From contig CAVTTN010000002.1 in the NCBI GenBank assembly GCA_963737655.1, positions 2,784,001-2,848,000 on the forward strand: a stretch of 64,000 nt of DNA, in the 5' to 3' direction. The notes below the pieces were generated by a model that did not search any database, had not been told where the DNA came from, and saw nothing but the letters and a program-made list of their open reading frames with translations. Within the stretch, counting starts at the first letter, position 1. Every line of letters begins with the position of its first letter. Positions 39,105 to 49,859 of this stretch are shown piece after piece. Made by a program: the position numbers and the translations under genes. This DNA is from an uncultured Planctomycetota bacterium (lineage in GTDB: Bacteria; Planctomycetota; Planctomycetia; Isosphaerales; Isosphaeraceae).

Positions 39105-40654
39105 GTGACGCCCGATCGCCCCGTCCTCGTCTTCGATTTCGGCGGCCAGTACGTCCAGCTCATCGCCCGGAGGGTCCGCGAAAAAGGGGCGTTCGCGGCG
39201 ATCGTCCGCCACGACCTTCCGATCGGCCGCATCCGCGAGCTCGACCCCCTGGGAATCATCCTCTCGGGGGGGCCTTCGAGCGTCTATGACCCCGGCGCGC
39301 CGAAGCCCGATCCGGGAATCTACGACCTCGGCGTGCCGATCCTGGGCATCTGCTACGGGATGCAACTGGTCTGCCAGGCGATCGGGGGAAAAGTCGAGCC
39401 GGCGCCGGCCCGCGAGTTCGGCCGGGCGGAGTGCCGGGTCCTGGACGCCGGTTCGGACCTGATGCAGGGCGTCCCCGAGTCCACGATCGTCTGGATGAGC
39501 CACGGCGACCAGGTCCACGACGCCGGCCCCGAGTTCCTCGGCCTGGCCGCCACGGCCACCTGCCCGATCGCCGCCGTGAGGCACCGCGACCGACCCGTCT
39601 TCGGCCTGCAGTTCCATCCCGAAGTGGCCCATACCCCTTCCGGCCCGACGATCCTCGGCAACTTCCTCGAATTCGCCTGCCGGAGTCCCGGCTCCTGGAC
39701 GATGGAGCGGTTCCTCGATCGCGCGGTGGAGGACGTTCTCGCGAAGGTCGGCGACGACGAACGGGTCGTCTGCGGGGTCTCCGGAGGGGTCGATTCGGCC
39801 GTGGTCGCGGCCTTGCTCGCCCGGGCCCTGGGAAATCGCGTCGTCTGCATCTTCGTCGATAACGGATTGCTCCGGGCTGGCGAGAGGCTCGCCGTCGAGG
39901 AGGCGTTCGGCCGCCATTCCGACGCCGACCTTCGCGTGATCGACGCTTCCGAACGGTTCCTCTCGGCCCTGAAGGGCGTGACCGACCCTCAGGAGAAGCG
40001 AGTCAAGATCGGCCACACGTTCATTGATGTCTTCCGAGAGGAAGCGAAGTCGATCCCCAACGCCCGGTTCCTCGCCCAGGGGACGCTTTATCCCGACGTG
40101 ATCGAGAGCGGGGGCACCGCCGACGGCCCCGCGGCGACGATCAAGCATCACCACAACGTCGGCGGCCTCCCCGCCGAGCTGGGCTTCGAGCTGATCGAGC
40201 CCTGCGCGATCTGTTCAAGGATGAGGTCCGTCGGCTCGGCCTCGAACTCGGCCTGCCCGAGGACCTCGTATATCGCCACCCCTTCCCCGGGCCGGGGCTG
40301 GCCGTCCGCTGCCTGGGAGAAGTGACCCGAGAGAAGCTGGACGTCCTCCGCCAGGCCGATACGATCTTCCTCGAAGAACTGCGCTCCGAAGGGCTCGAAC
40401 GGCGGATCGGCCAGGCGTTCGCGGTGCTCCTGCCGGTGCAGTCGGTGGGCGTCATGGGCGACGGGCGAACCTATGAAAACGCCGTGGCACTTCGCGCCGT
40501 CGAGACCGACGATTTCATGACGGCCGACTGGTCGCGAATCCCCCACGACGTCCTCGCCCGCGCCTCGACGAGGATCATCAACAGCGTGAAGGGGATCAAC
40601 CGGGTCGTCTACGACATCACGAGCAAGCCCCCCGGGACGATCGAGTGGGAGTAG
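39105..40654 (+). CDS. guaA: GMP synthase (glutamine-hydrolysing); frameshift near 40201
   Basis: [44 protein letters not shown]; then [23 protein letters not shown]. Confidence 0.96.
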
Positions 40655-40740
40655 CACCTTCCCGATGAACGGGCGTCGCGGATCGGCGATTCTGAGATCG
40701 ATTTGAAGCCTCGTGCCGATGGTGTGGGAGGAGGTCGCCC

Positions 40741-41353
40741 ATGACCCCGCTCGATATGGATTCCCTCCAGTCCGTGCCGCCGGACCTCATCGATGCCGTG
40801 CTCGACCTAAGCCCCGGGCCGAGGCAGGCCCTGGCGCGCCTCCTGTACGAAAGTTTGAGCGATCCGGGGACTCCCCCGTACCCCGGCTGGCCCGGCGACT
40901 GGGAAGAGGAACTCGAACGGCGTTGCGACGAGGCAGATCGAGGGGAAACGATCTCGGAAGAGGAGGCTCTGGGCACGCATCCGCCGGCCCTCGCATCGAC
41001 GGTCGGAGGAGTCCGACAAGTCCGGGCCGTCCGTCGGATGAGCGTCAGGTTCACGGAGACCGCGGCCGACGAGCTCGAGCGCGTTGTTGACTCCTAGAGG
41101 CGGAGGGCGAGCGAGTCGCCCAACGCTTCCAGGACGGCCTGGCGAGTGCACTCACCTTCCTTCGGGACCACCCCAGGGCGTTTCCTCGGGTCGGCAAGTC
41201 CACTCGGAAGAGGGAGCATCGCCGAATCACCGTCGACCGTTTCCCCTGGTCCCTGATCTATCGGGTCCGCGGCGAGGATGTCGTCGTCATCGCGCTCTGG
41301 AACCATCACAGCCGGGGCGAGGACTGGTCGAAGCGGGAAGGTCGAAGGATTGA
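40741..41353 (+). pseudogene. Degenerate addiction-module antitoxin plus ParE-like toxin remnant
   Basis: LSPGPRQALARLLYESL..WEEELERRC; toxin remnant from 41038 MSVRFTETAADELERVVDS* with stop and frameshifts, later RFPWSLIYRV..VVVIALW. Confidence 0.7.
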
Positions 41354-41390
41354 GGAATTCACTCGCCATCGTCAAACGGAAGCGGACCTC

Positions 41391-41941
41391 ATGGCCGGAG
41401 CGACGATCCGAATCTCGACCGGCCCGATCCCCAAGCCGATCTCCATGAAGAGGCGCGGTTCGTCGGGGAGTTCCTTCGGGAAGCCGGCTCCCGGGTCCTC
41501 ACCGTCTGCTGTGCCTTCGGGGTCGACGTCGATCACCCCCTCTTCGCCCGGAACGTGTCGATCCCGGTGGAGGAGCTGCCGTCCTACCTGCTGCGTCATG
41601 AGGAGGCCGGGACGTTCCAGCTCGGCTGGACGAACATTACCGTGTCGGGCGACAATGGCGGCCCTTCGTTCCTCTTCGGCAACGATGACGACCTCGTCTG
41701 CGAGGGCGAGGACTCACCGTCGATGCAGGCCATCTTCCGGCGATGGGGGAGCCGCCTCGAGCACGTCCACCTTCAAAGAATCCCGGGTCGGGGGTCGGCC
41801 CGAGGATCGGCTCGACGAGGTTCGGCCCCGAGCGGTTTCGCCTACTCGTCCGCGAAGAGTATCCCGAGGCTGACCGGCCCCTCGGGATGTGATAGGCTGG
41901 CGCGTCGGCCCTCGGGATCGGCGAGATTCCTGCCCCGGTGA
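41391..41941 (+). CDS. Hypothetical protein; frameshift near 41430
   Basis: Protein-like frame ADLHEEARFVGEFLREAG..FLFGNDDDL with coding-like codon usage. Confidence 0.4.
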
Positions 41942-41981
41942 GGCCCTGGCGCGTCGTCCGCCCCTTCGGAGGAATGGTCCC

Positions 41982-43127
41982 ATGCTCCGTCCTCTCGCCC
42001 TCGCGGCCGGGGTCGTCCTGATCCTGGCCTCCGCCCCGGTCGTCTCCGCCGACACCCGGACCGTCGCCCGGTGCGGGGCTGGCTTCCTGGAGGAGGTGGA
42101 CGGCTATCGCGTCCTCCATGTGAAGGGGTCTCCCTACGACATGGGCTTCCAGCAGGGGACGCTGCTCAAGGACGATATCCGCGAGCTCGTCCGCTTCCTG
42201 TTCGACGAGAAGGCGAAGGAGCTCAAGATCGACGTCGCCGGTCTGAAGCTCCGGCCCGACCCCAAGACCCTGATCGCCTCGATCGCCCAGGGGCAGAAGA
42301 AGTATGTGCCGGAGCGATTCTTCGAGGAGCTTCGGGGCGTCGCCGACGGCGCGGGGATGACCGTCGAGGAGGTCACCGTGGCGAACTTCATCCCCGAGAT
42401 GTTCCACTGCTCGGGATTCGCCCTCTCGGGATCGGCCACGAAGGACGGCACGCTCTATCACGGCCGAATCCTGGATTACGGATGCGATTGGAGGCTCCAG
42501 GACCACGCCGTTTTGACGATCGCCGAGCCCGACGGCAAGATCCCGTTCTGCAACGTGACCTATGCCGGCTTCATCGGCAGCGTCACGGGGATGAACGCCG
42601 AGAAGGTCTCGATCGGCGAGATGGGGGGCCGGGGACTCGGCCACTGGGCGGGCATCCCGATGGCGTTCCTCGTGAGGATGGCCCTGGAAGAGGCCCATGA
42701 CCTCGACGAGGCCATCGCCGTCTTTCGCGATCATCCCCGGACGTGCGAATATTATTACGTGATCGCCGACGGCGACACCGGCCAGGCCGTGGGGATGGAA
42801 GCCTGCTGGGACCGCTTCAACCTCATCAAGATGGGCGAGTCGCACCCTCGCCTCCCTCATGGGGTCAAGGACACCGTATTGCTCTCCGCCGGAGACCGTT
42901 ACGAGGAGCTGGCCAGGCGGGTCCAGGCGGGGATCGGCCGGTTCGACGCCGATTCGGCCCGGGAGCTCATGAGCCGGCCGGTGGCGATGAAGTCGAATCT
43001 CCACAGCGTCCTGTTCGAGACTAAATCGACGAGGCTCTGGATCGCAAACGCCTCGAAGGACGGCCAACCGGCCTCGTCCCAGCCCTATCACGCCTTCCAG
43101 TTCACCGAGCTGCTGAAGCACAAGTAA
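41982..43127 (+). CDS. Secreted C45-family Ntn hydrolase (acyl-CoA:6-APA acyltransferase-like)
   Basis: Signal peptide; GSPYDMGFQQG, EELRGVADG, H/CSGF, HGRILDY, GSVTGMN. Confidence 0.88.
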   Translation: MLRPLALAAGVVLILASAPVVSADTRTVARCGAGFLEEVDGYRVLHVKGSPYDMGFQQGTLLKDDIRELVRFLFDEKAKELKIDVAGLKLRPDPKTLIASIAQGQKKYVPERFFEELRGVADGAGMTVEEVTVANFIPEMFHCSGFALSGSATKDGTLYHGRILDYGCDWRLQDHAVLTIAEPDGKIPFCNVTYAGFIGSVTGMNAEKVSIGEMGGRGLGHWAGIPMAFLVRMALEEAHDLDEAIAVFRDHPRTCEYYYVIADGDTGQAVGMEACWDRFNLIKMGESHPRLPHGVKDTVLLSAGDRYEELARRVQAGIGRFDADSARELMSRPVAMKSNLHSVLFETKSTRLWIANASKDGQPASSQPYHAFQFTELLKHK

Positions 43128-43264
43128 GGTGCATGAAATGCATCAAGGCATGCGGCGGGAATCGCTCGCCATCCCCATTCCTCACGTCTCCTCGGCCGGA
43201 GATCGAGGGAAAAGGATGGCGGGCGATTCCCGCCGCTGGCATTGGTGCATTGCATGCACCTTAC
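43124..43264. repeat. REP doublet family B forming a long hairpin
   Basis: gtaaggtgcatgaaatgcatc ... ggtgcattgcatgcaccttac; inner gcggcgggaatcgctcgccatcc / ggatggcgggcgattcccgccgc. Confidence 0.85.
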
Positions 43265-43274
43265 TTGGGTGATT

Positions 43275-44717
43275 TCAGCGAGTCCTTGAGGACCTCGCCG
43301 GCGCCGTTCGGGCGCCGGGCTGCGGGGCCGGGTTGTCCGATTCCTTGGGCTTGGCCTTTTCGTCGATCACGGACGACTTGAGCACTTCTCCGGCGGTCTT
43401 CGGGGCGTTGTCGGGCTTGATGTGCGCTCCGCCGATGCTTTGAACGCCGTTGCCCATGACGTTCAGGGCGTGTTCGAGGCTCCCGAGGAACAGGCCGAGG
43501 CCCTGGGCGTCGGCCTGGCGGTCTGCACCGAGGGTTTCGATGGCCTTGCGTCCGTAGGCCTCGACCTTGTTCTCGGCGTCCACGACCTCGGAGACCGGGG
43601 CCCGGCCGTCCTTCTTGTAGGCCGAAGCCACGTCCTGCACCGCCTTGTCGGCGTCGCTTCGGGCCGCGGCGACGTCCCCCGGCGAGGTCGGCGCCCCGGA
43701 CGGCCACTGGATTTGTCCCTTGTCGTCCACCACCTTCGCGATCGGCAGATAGTTGTGCCGGGCCGCGCGATTCGGCTGGGCGTTGTTCGTGGTCCAGCGG
43801 ATTGGGAACTTGGACTGGGCGGGCGCGGTCATCGGGTAGTTGTTGGCGGCGGTGGTCCGGGCCATCGTGTTGTAGAAGTTCGCCGCGGCATACGCCTGGA
43901 CGGCCTCGGCCGTGTTCAGGTTGTAACGGCTGTTGGCCAGGGCGTAATTCTCGGTGATCGCGGCGACCTCGTTGTAAGGAGAGATCCCGCCGAGATAGCC
44001 GCCGTAGCCGCCGAATCCTCCGAATCCGTAGCCGCCGAGTCCGCCGTATCCTCCGAACCCGTACCCGTTGCCGTATCCGAAGGGCGAGACTCCGCCGAGC
44101 AATCCCTGGTAGTTCAATGCCCCGGCCAGCGCATTGCCCGGGACGGGGCTATTGTAATAGCCGGGGGTCGTGCCGAAGGGGGTGCTGTAGTACCCGCCGG
44201 TCAAGCCCGTGGGATTGCCGTAGGAGCCGTTGCCGAAGCCGAACGGCATGTTGTATGAGAACGGATAGGGGTTCATGAAATTCGCGCCCGGAGAGAGGAA
44301 ACCCGAGCTGTAGCCACCATAGCCCCCGTAGCCGCCGACGTTCGTGTACCCGTAGCCGGGCCCCACATACTCGTTGGCGAAGTTGAACGCGGGGTAGCCT
44401 CCGTATCCCATCCCGCCGATGTTGTTGGAGAACGCCAGGTTGCCGGCGGGGTTACCCATCAGCGGGTTGGTCAGGTAATTGTTCGGACGCCCCGGAGGCT
44501 GGAAGGACGCGAGGTTGTAGGTCAGCGGGTTGGAGCCGAGGTTCGCCGGGTTGTTGCCGGGATTCCTCTGAAACGGATTCATGGCGGTCGCTCCGCCAGG
44601 ATGGGCGCCCGCCCCGCGATTCTGGGCGAGGACCGGGGACCCGGCGGCGAGGACCAGGGGGGCCGAGGCGAGGACGACGCCCACCAGACGTTTCGCGGAG
44701 AAGATTCGGCGGTTCAT
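43275..44717 (-). CDS. Secreted Gly/Tyr/Asn-rich low-complexity protein with C-terminal helical domain
   Basis: Signal peptide ending VLAQ; GGYGGYGGY and GFGGYGG tracts. Confidence 0.8.
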   Translation of the reverse strand: MNRRIFSAKRLVGVVLASAPLVLAAGSPVLAQNRGAGAHPGGATAMNPFQRNPGNNPANLGSNPLTYNLASFQPPGRPNNYLTNPLMGNPAGNLAFSNNIGGMGYGGYPAFNFANEYVGPGYGYTNVGGYGGYGGYSSGFLSPGANFMNPYPFSYNMPFGFGNGSYGNPTGLTGGYYSTPFGTTPGYYNSPVPGNALAGALNYQGLLGGVSPFGYGNGYGFGGYGGLGGYGFGGFGGYGGYLGGISPYNEVAAITENYALANSRYNLNTAEAVQAYAAANFYNTMARTTAANNYPMTAPAQSKFPIRWTTNNAQPNRAARHNYLPIAKVVDDKGQIQWPSGAPTSPGDVAAARSDADKAVQDVASAYKKDGRAPVSEVVDAENKVEAYGRKAIETLGADRQADAQGLGLFLGSLEHALNVMGNGVQSIGGAHIKPDNAPKTAGEVLKSSVIDEKAKPKESDNPAPQPGARTAPARSSRTR

Positions 44718-44860
44718 GGCGAATGGCCCCCGAAGGCTGATCCGGGCCGCCCCTCGAAGTGGGTCCGATTCGCCCGGCGTTTGGTATTGCACTTGCACGA
44801 GAGAGTCTTCATGCAAGTGCCGGGCCGGGATGGAGGCCGGCGATGCGGGAGCCGAGGAAC

Positions 44861-45271
44861 ATGTTGGCCACTTCCCCCCGTCTGTTCAGCCCTCGACCCG
44901 TCCCTCGGGAGAGGATCCTGATTATCGAAGATGACCCCAATACTCGGTGGGTCCTCAAGGCCCTCCTGACCCGGGCTGGATACGACTGCCGGACTGCCTC
45001 CGACGGCTCCGAAGGGCTGGTGATGGCCTCGGAGTTTCATCCTTCGGCGATCCTGATGGACGTGATGATGCCCGTCCTCGACGGGCTCGAGACGACCCGC
45101 CGGCTCAAGGCCGACGTGGAGACCGCCGGAATCCCGGTCGTCATGATGACCGCCGACATCACCCATTCCGGCGAGATCGCCGCCCGGAACGCCGGTTGCG
45201 ATGCCTTCCTCGCCAAGCCGGTGGTCCTGAAGGAGCTCCTTCACGAGCTGGAAAGCCGCCTGAGCGAGTGA
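44861..45271 (+). CDS. Single-domain response regulator
   Basis: ILIIEDD, ILMDVMMPVLDG, MMTA, FLAKP. Confidence 0.92.
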   Translation: MLATSPRLFSPRPVPRERILIIEDDPNTRWVLKALLTRAGYDCRTASDGSEGLVMASEFHPSAILMDVMMPVLDGLETTRRLKADVETAGIPVVMMTADITHSGEIAARNAGCDAFLAKPVVLKELLHELESRLSE

Positions 45272-45402
45272 GCGGCCGTCGGCGGAGGTCGGCGTCCGGG
45301 ATGGCCGGTTCCGTCCGGCTTGTCGGGGAGCCCGCGGGGCCTTTATAATCAGCGGCGCGACGATGGCCCCGCCCTCCAGTCCTCGATCCGGCCCCTCTCC
45401 CG

Positions 45403-46592
45403 ATGTCCGAAGGCCAAGGCTCCTCTGATGATGCGCCCGACCGACGAACGTCGTGGTCCTGGGCTCGACCGGCTCGGTGGGCCGGGGGGCGTTGAGCGTC
45501 CTGGAGCACGACGGGGGCCGGCGGCTCGTGGCGTTCGGCCTGGCGGCCCATCGAGACGTCAATCGCCTGCTCGCCCAGGCCCGAAGCGTCCGCCCCCGAT
45601 TCCTCGCCCTGGCCGATCCCGCCGCCGCCGCATCCGTGGATGGACAATTGCGCGGGACCGGAACCGAACTGCTCGTCGGCCCCGAGGGCATCGAAGCGAT
45701 GGTCCGCCATCCCGAGGTCGACCGCGTCCTCACGGCCATCGTCGGCGTCGCCGGTCTGGAAGGGACATGGGCGGCCGTCGATTCGGGCAAGACCGTCGCC
45801 CTGGCGAACAAGGAGGCGCTGGTCGTCGCCGGGGGCCTCGTGACCGAGCGAGCCCGGCAGACCGGGGCCACCCTCCTGCCGGTCGATAGCGAGCATTCGG
45901 CCGTCTTCCAGGCGATGAAGGGCGGGCGGGCGAAGGAGGTCCGCCGGGTGATCCTCACGTCCTCCGGGGGCCCGTTCCGAGGACGGACGAGGAGCCAGCT
46001 TCGCGACGTGACCCGCGAGCAGGCGCTGGATCATCCGACGTGGAAGATGGGCCCGAAGATCTCGATCGACTCGGCGACCCTGATGAACAAGGCCCTGGAG
46101 GTCATCGAGGCCCGCTGGCTGTTCGACCTGCGGCCCGAGCAGATCGAGGTGGTGGTTCATCCCGAGAGCGTCGTCCATTCGATGGTCGAGTTCGTCGACG
46201 GCAGCACCCTGGCGCAGCTCTCTCCGCCGGACATGAGGTTGCCGATCCAGTACGCGCTGACATATCCCGACCGGGTGCCGGGCCCGTGCCCCTTGCTGGA
46301 CCTGACCCGCGCCTCGGCCCTCCATTTCGAGCCTCCCGACCGCGAGACGTTCCCCTGTCTTGACCTGGGCTTCGAGGTCATGGCTCGCGGGGGGACCGCC
46401 GGAGCGGCCCTGAACGCCGCCAACGAGGCGGCCGTCGGCCGGTTCCTCGATGGCTCGATCGGCTTCCTCGACATCCCCCGGGCCTGCCGGGCAGCCCTGG
46501 ATCACCATTCGTTCGACCCGAACCCGTCGCTGACCGACCTGCGGAAGGTCGACGCGAGGGCCCGGCAGGAGGTGGCGCGTTGGCGGCCTTAG
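45403..46592 (+). CDS. dxr: 1-deoxy-D-xylulose 5-phosphate reductoisomerase; start region frameshifted near 45440
   Basis: LGSTGSVG, LANKE, PVDSEHSA, SGGPF, HPTWKMGPKISIDSATLMNK, NAANE. Confidence 0.96.
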
Positions 46593-48644
46593 TCAATAAC
46601 CTGTACGCCGGGGTCCTGGTGGCCCTGGGCATCGGGTTCGTGATCTTCATCCACGAGCTCGGGCACTTCCTCCTGGCCAAGTGGGCCGGCGTGAGGGTCG
46701 ACGCCTTCGCGATCGGCTTCGGGCCGGTCCTCGTGGCCTATCGCAAGGGCGTGGGGCTGCGGATGGGCTCGACCTCTCGCGACTACGCCGCGAGGATGGT
46801 GGCGGCCGAGGCCGGCGACCCCTCGGCGATCGCCGGCGTCAGCGAGACCGAATACTCGCTCCGGGCCCTGCCCCTGGGCGGCTTCGTCAAGATGCTGGGC
46901 GAGGGGGACGCCGGCGAGACCGAGGTCTCGAGCGACCCTCGCGCCTACCCCAACAAGACCGTCGGCGCGGATGGCGATCATCTCGGCCGGCGTCATCATG
47001 AACATGATTTTTGGACTCTGTTGCAATACCTGGGTTTATCTGTCGGGCACGCCCGAGACCCCCGCCGTGATCGGCGCCGTGGTGGCCGGGCAGCCCGCCT
47101 ACGAGGCCGGGCTTCGGCCCGGCGACGAGATCGTCGCGATCGACGGCCGCACCGACGTCACGTTCCGCGACCTGATCAATCGGGTCCTGCTGAGCGGCAA
47201 GGGCCAGAGGATCCACCTGGAGCTGAAGCGACCCGGCCAGGAGGCGCTGGTCGGGGCGGACATCGAGCCCAGGAGGGCCGCCAAGGCCCAGGCGCCGACC
47301 ATCGGCATCACCCCCTCCTACGCCCCGGAGATCTTCCGCCTCGCGCCCTGGCTTGAAAACCCCAAGAACGACGAGGTCCAGCCGAGGATCGACCGGGTCA
47401 AGACGGTCTCCGGGCCCGACGGCACGGCTCGATCGGTCTCCGGTTTCCTCGACCTGGCGGGAATCCTCATGCAGGAGCGTTCGTCGCCCGTCCGGATCGT
47501 CGCCGAGCCGGTCGCCGACTCCTCGCCCTCGGGGACGATCAAGCCGCAGCCGGCCGACGTCTCGGCCACCGTGCCTCCCCGGGCGTTCGTCGGCCTGGGT
47601 CTGCGAATGGGGCTCGGTCCGGTCGCGGCGATCCGGACCGATTCGCCCGGGGCGAAGGCGGGCTTTCGGGTCGGCGACGTGATCGTCTCGGCCCACGGCC
47701 GGGTGGACCTCGACCCGATGAGACTGCCCGACCTGGTGTACGACCGCCGGGGCCAGCCGATGACCTTCGAGGTCCGCCGTCCCCTGGTCGGGAAGGACGC
47801 GGGCAAGGAGGAGAGGATCACCCTGACCGCCTCGCCCGACGCTTCGCTCCCCTGGATCGAGTCGCACGACATGGCCGAGCCCCTGGACATCGCCGGATTG
47901 GGCCTGGCCGTGACGGTCTCGCCCAAGGTCGCCGCCGTCGAACCTGGATCGCCGGCCGAGAAGGCGGGGATCAAGCCGGGAGACGTCCTGGCCTCGGTAA
48001 GCTTTCCCAAGGCGACCGCCGAGAAGAAGACCGGCAAGATCGAGTGGCGGGAGCCGAACGCTCTGGACGGCGAAACGACGTGGCCGTGGGTCTTCGAGCA
48101 GATGCAGGAGCTTGGGCCCGACCAGCCGATCAAGCTCGCCCTGGTCGGCGGACGAACAGTCGAGGTCAAACCTGAAGCCCTGGACGGCTGGTTCGATCCT
48201 CTCCACGGGCTGAAGTTCGCCGCGTTGATTCGGATGTTGCCGCCCCAGCCGCTCGGCGCGGCCCTTCGCCGAGGCGGCGAGGACACGGTGGACATGGCCC
48301 TGTCCCTCTTCACGTCGATCCGCAGCCTCTTTCAGGGCCGGATCGGCGCGGGGATGTTCGCGGGACCGCCGAAGCTCGCCGACCTGGCCTTCCAGACGGC
48401 CAAGCACGGCGGCCTCTCCAAGTTCATCCCATTCCTCGGGATGATCAGCATCAACCTCGCGGTCATCAATTTCCTGCCGATCCCCCCGCTGGATGGCGGC
48501 CAGATGACCTTCCTGATCGCCGAGAAGATCCGGGGACGGAAGCTGCCGGAGAACGCCGTGCTCTACCCTACCCTGGTCGGCCTGGCGTTCGTCCTGATTC
48601 TGTTCGTCGTGATCGTGTTCAAAGATGTGTTGAGCTATTTCTGA
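46580..48644 (+). CDS. rseP: RIP metalloprotease RseP with PDZ domains; frameshift near 46968
   Basis: IHELGH, LPLGGFVKM, AGVIMN, three PA..AG...GD PDZ-like motifs, NFLPIPPLDGG; follows dxr. Confidence 0.9.
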
Positions 48645-48798
48645 GGCACCTGACCCGTGCCCCATCGCTCCGGCATCTGGCGGTCATCCGGCCTCAAGGC
48701 AAGAACGATCGGGCGTGGCCTGATCCGAAGAATCCCGGACGAAATGGGACTGGCTCCTCGTCCGCGAGGTACCAGTCTTTTTTTGTCCGGGAGTTGCG

Positions 48799-48932
48799 CT
48801 GTAGAAAACCAGGGTGAGGGGGCGGAATCGAGTAGGTCCGACTTCAGTCGGGCCGACAACAAGGTCTTGTTTTGTAGGCCCGACTGAAGTCGGACCTACT
48901 TGTTGGACCTCTGCGAACCGGGTTTTCTACAG
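48799..48932. repeat. REP doublet family A copy 3 (48832-48899) nested in perfect 12-bp outer inverted repeats
   Basis: ctgtagaaaacc ... gtaggtccgacttcagtcgggcc ... ggcccgactgaagtcggacctac ... ggttttctacag. Confidence 0.9.
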
Positions 48933-48945
48933 GGCATCCGGGAGC

Positions 48946-49350
48946 CTAAACCTGGGGGGTGGGAATCTTGGTGGCGAGGTCGTCGTCATCGAAGATTTCC
49001 AGCTCTCGGAGGCGTTCGAGGAGGGCGGGCAGGTCGATCGGCTTGGTGATGACGTCGATGGCGCCGGCCTCCCGGGCCTGGCGCTCGGCCTGCTCGGTGG
49101 CGTCGGCCGTGATGGCGACGATCGGCAGATGGGCGGTGGTCGGGTCGGCCCGAAGACGGCGGATCAATTCCACGCCGTCCATCACCGGCATCATCAGGTC
49201 GGTCAATACGAGATGAGGGCGGAACGCGGCGAGGCAGTCCAGCGCCTCCCGGCCGTCGGTCGCTTCCTGGACGTCGAACCCGTACATCCTCAGGAGCCGC
49301 CCGAAAGCGTAGCGGAGGAACGGCGCGTCCTCGACCAGGAGCACTCGCAT
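48946..49350 (-). CDS. Single-domain response regulator
   Basis: VLLVED, LTDLMMPVMDG, ITA, ITKP. Confidence 0.92.
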   Translation of the reverse strand: MRVLLVEDAPFLRYAFGRLLRMYGFDVQEATDGREALDCLAAFRPHLVLTDLMMPVMDGVELIRRLRADPTTAHLPIVAITADATEQAERQAREAGAIDVITKPIDLPALLERLRELEIFDDDDLATKIPTPQV

Positions 49351-49859
49351 GGAATTCCCGACAAGATCGCCCACGGTACGCTCCCCCCACTCCCGGAGTC
49401 TGACCCCGGAATGCGCAAGTGCGGTCGGACCCGACGGCGCACCCATTAAGCTTTCGGGCCAGTGGCCCGCCCTCACCACACGGACTCATCACTCACCTGC
49501 GGATTCGAGCTTCTAACTTCTTAGTGGCTGCAAATCTCGGGCCGAACGCCGCGAGCCGACGGTGGAAACGGGGCGAAGGCGGGCGCGAAGGCGTTGGAAG
49601 GGCGCGGAGGGAGGTCGAACCGGCCGAGAAGATGCTTGCTTTTTCCGAGGGTCCGTGGAACCATAAGGGCACGGGCTGACCTCCTCTCTCGTGGCCCGGT
49701 CCCGTCCTCCTGTACGAATCCGATCGCGTCGTCCCTGTCCGGTCCCAGTCCCCTCTCGCCGGGGCGGTCCCGATCGCCGGGCCCATCGGCGGGCTGGGCG
49801 TTCCTTCGGCGCCCCGAGAGACGGCGGCGATGGCCCGGGGCCCCGGCGGAGGTTAGGCC

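Noticed and set aside
39105..40654. Programmed frameshifting or true pseudogenisation of guaA and other core genes
   Set aside because: No slippery heptamer or stimulatory structure seen; the pattern across many genes fits sequencing indels
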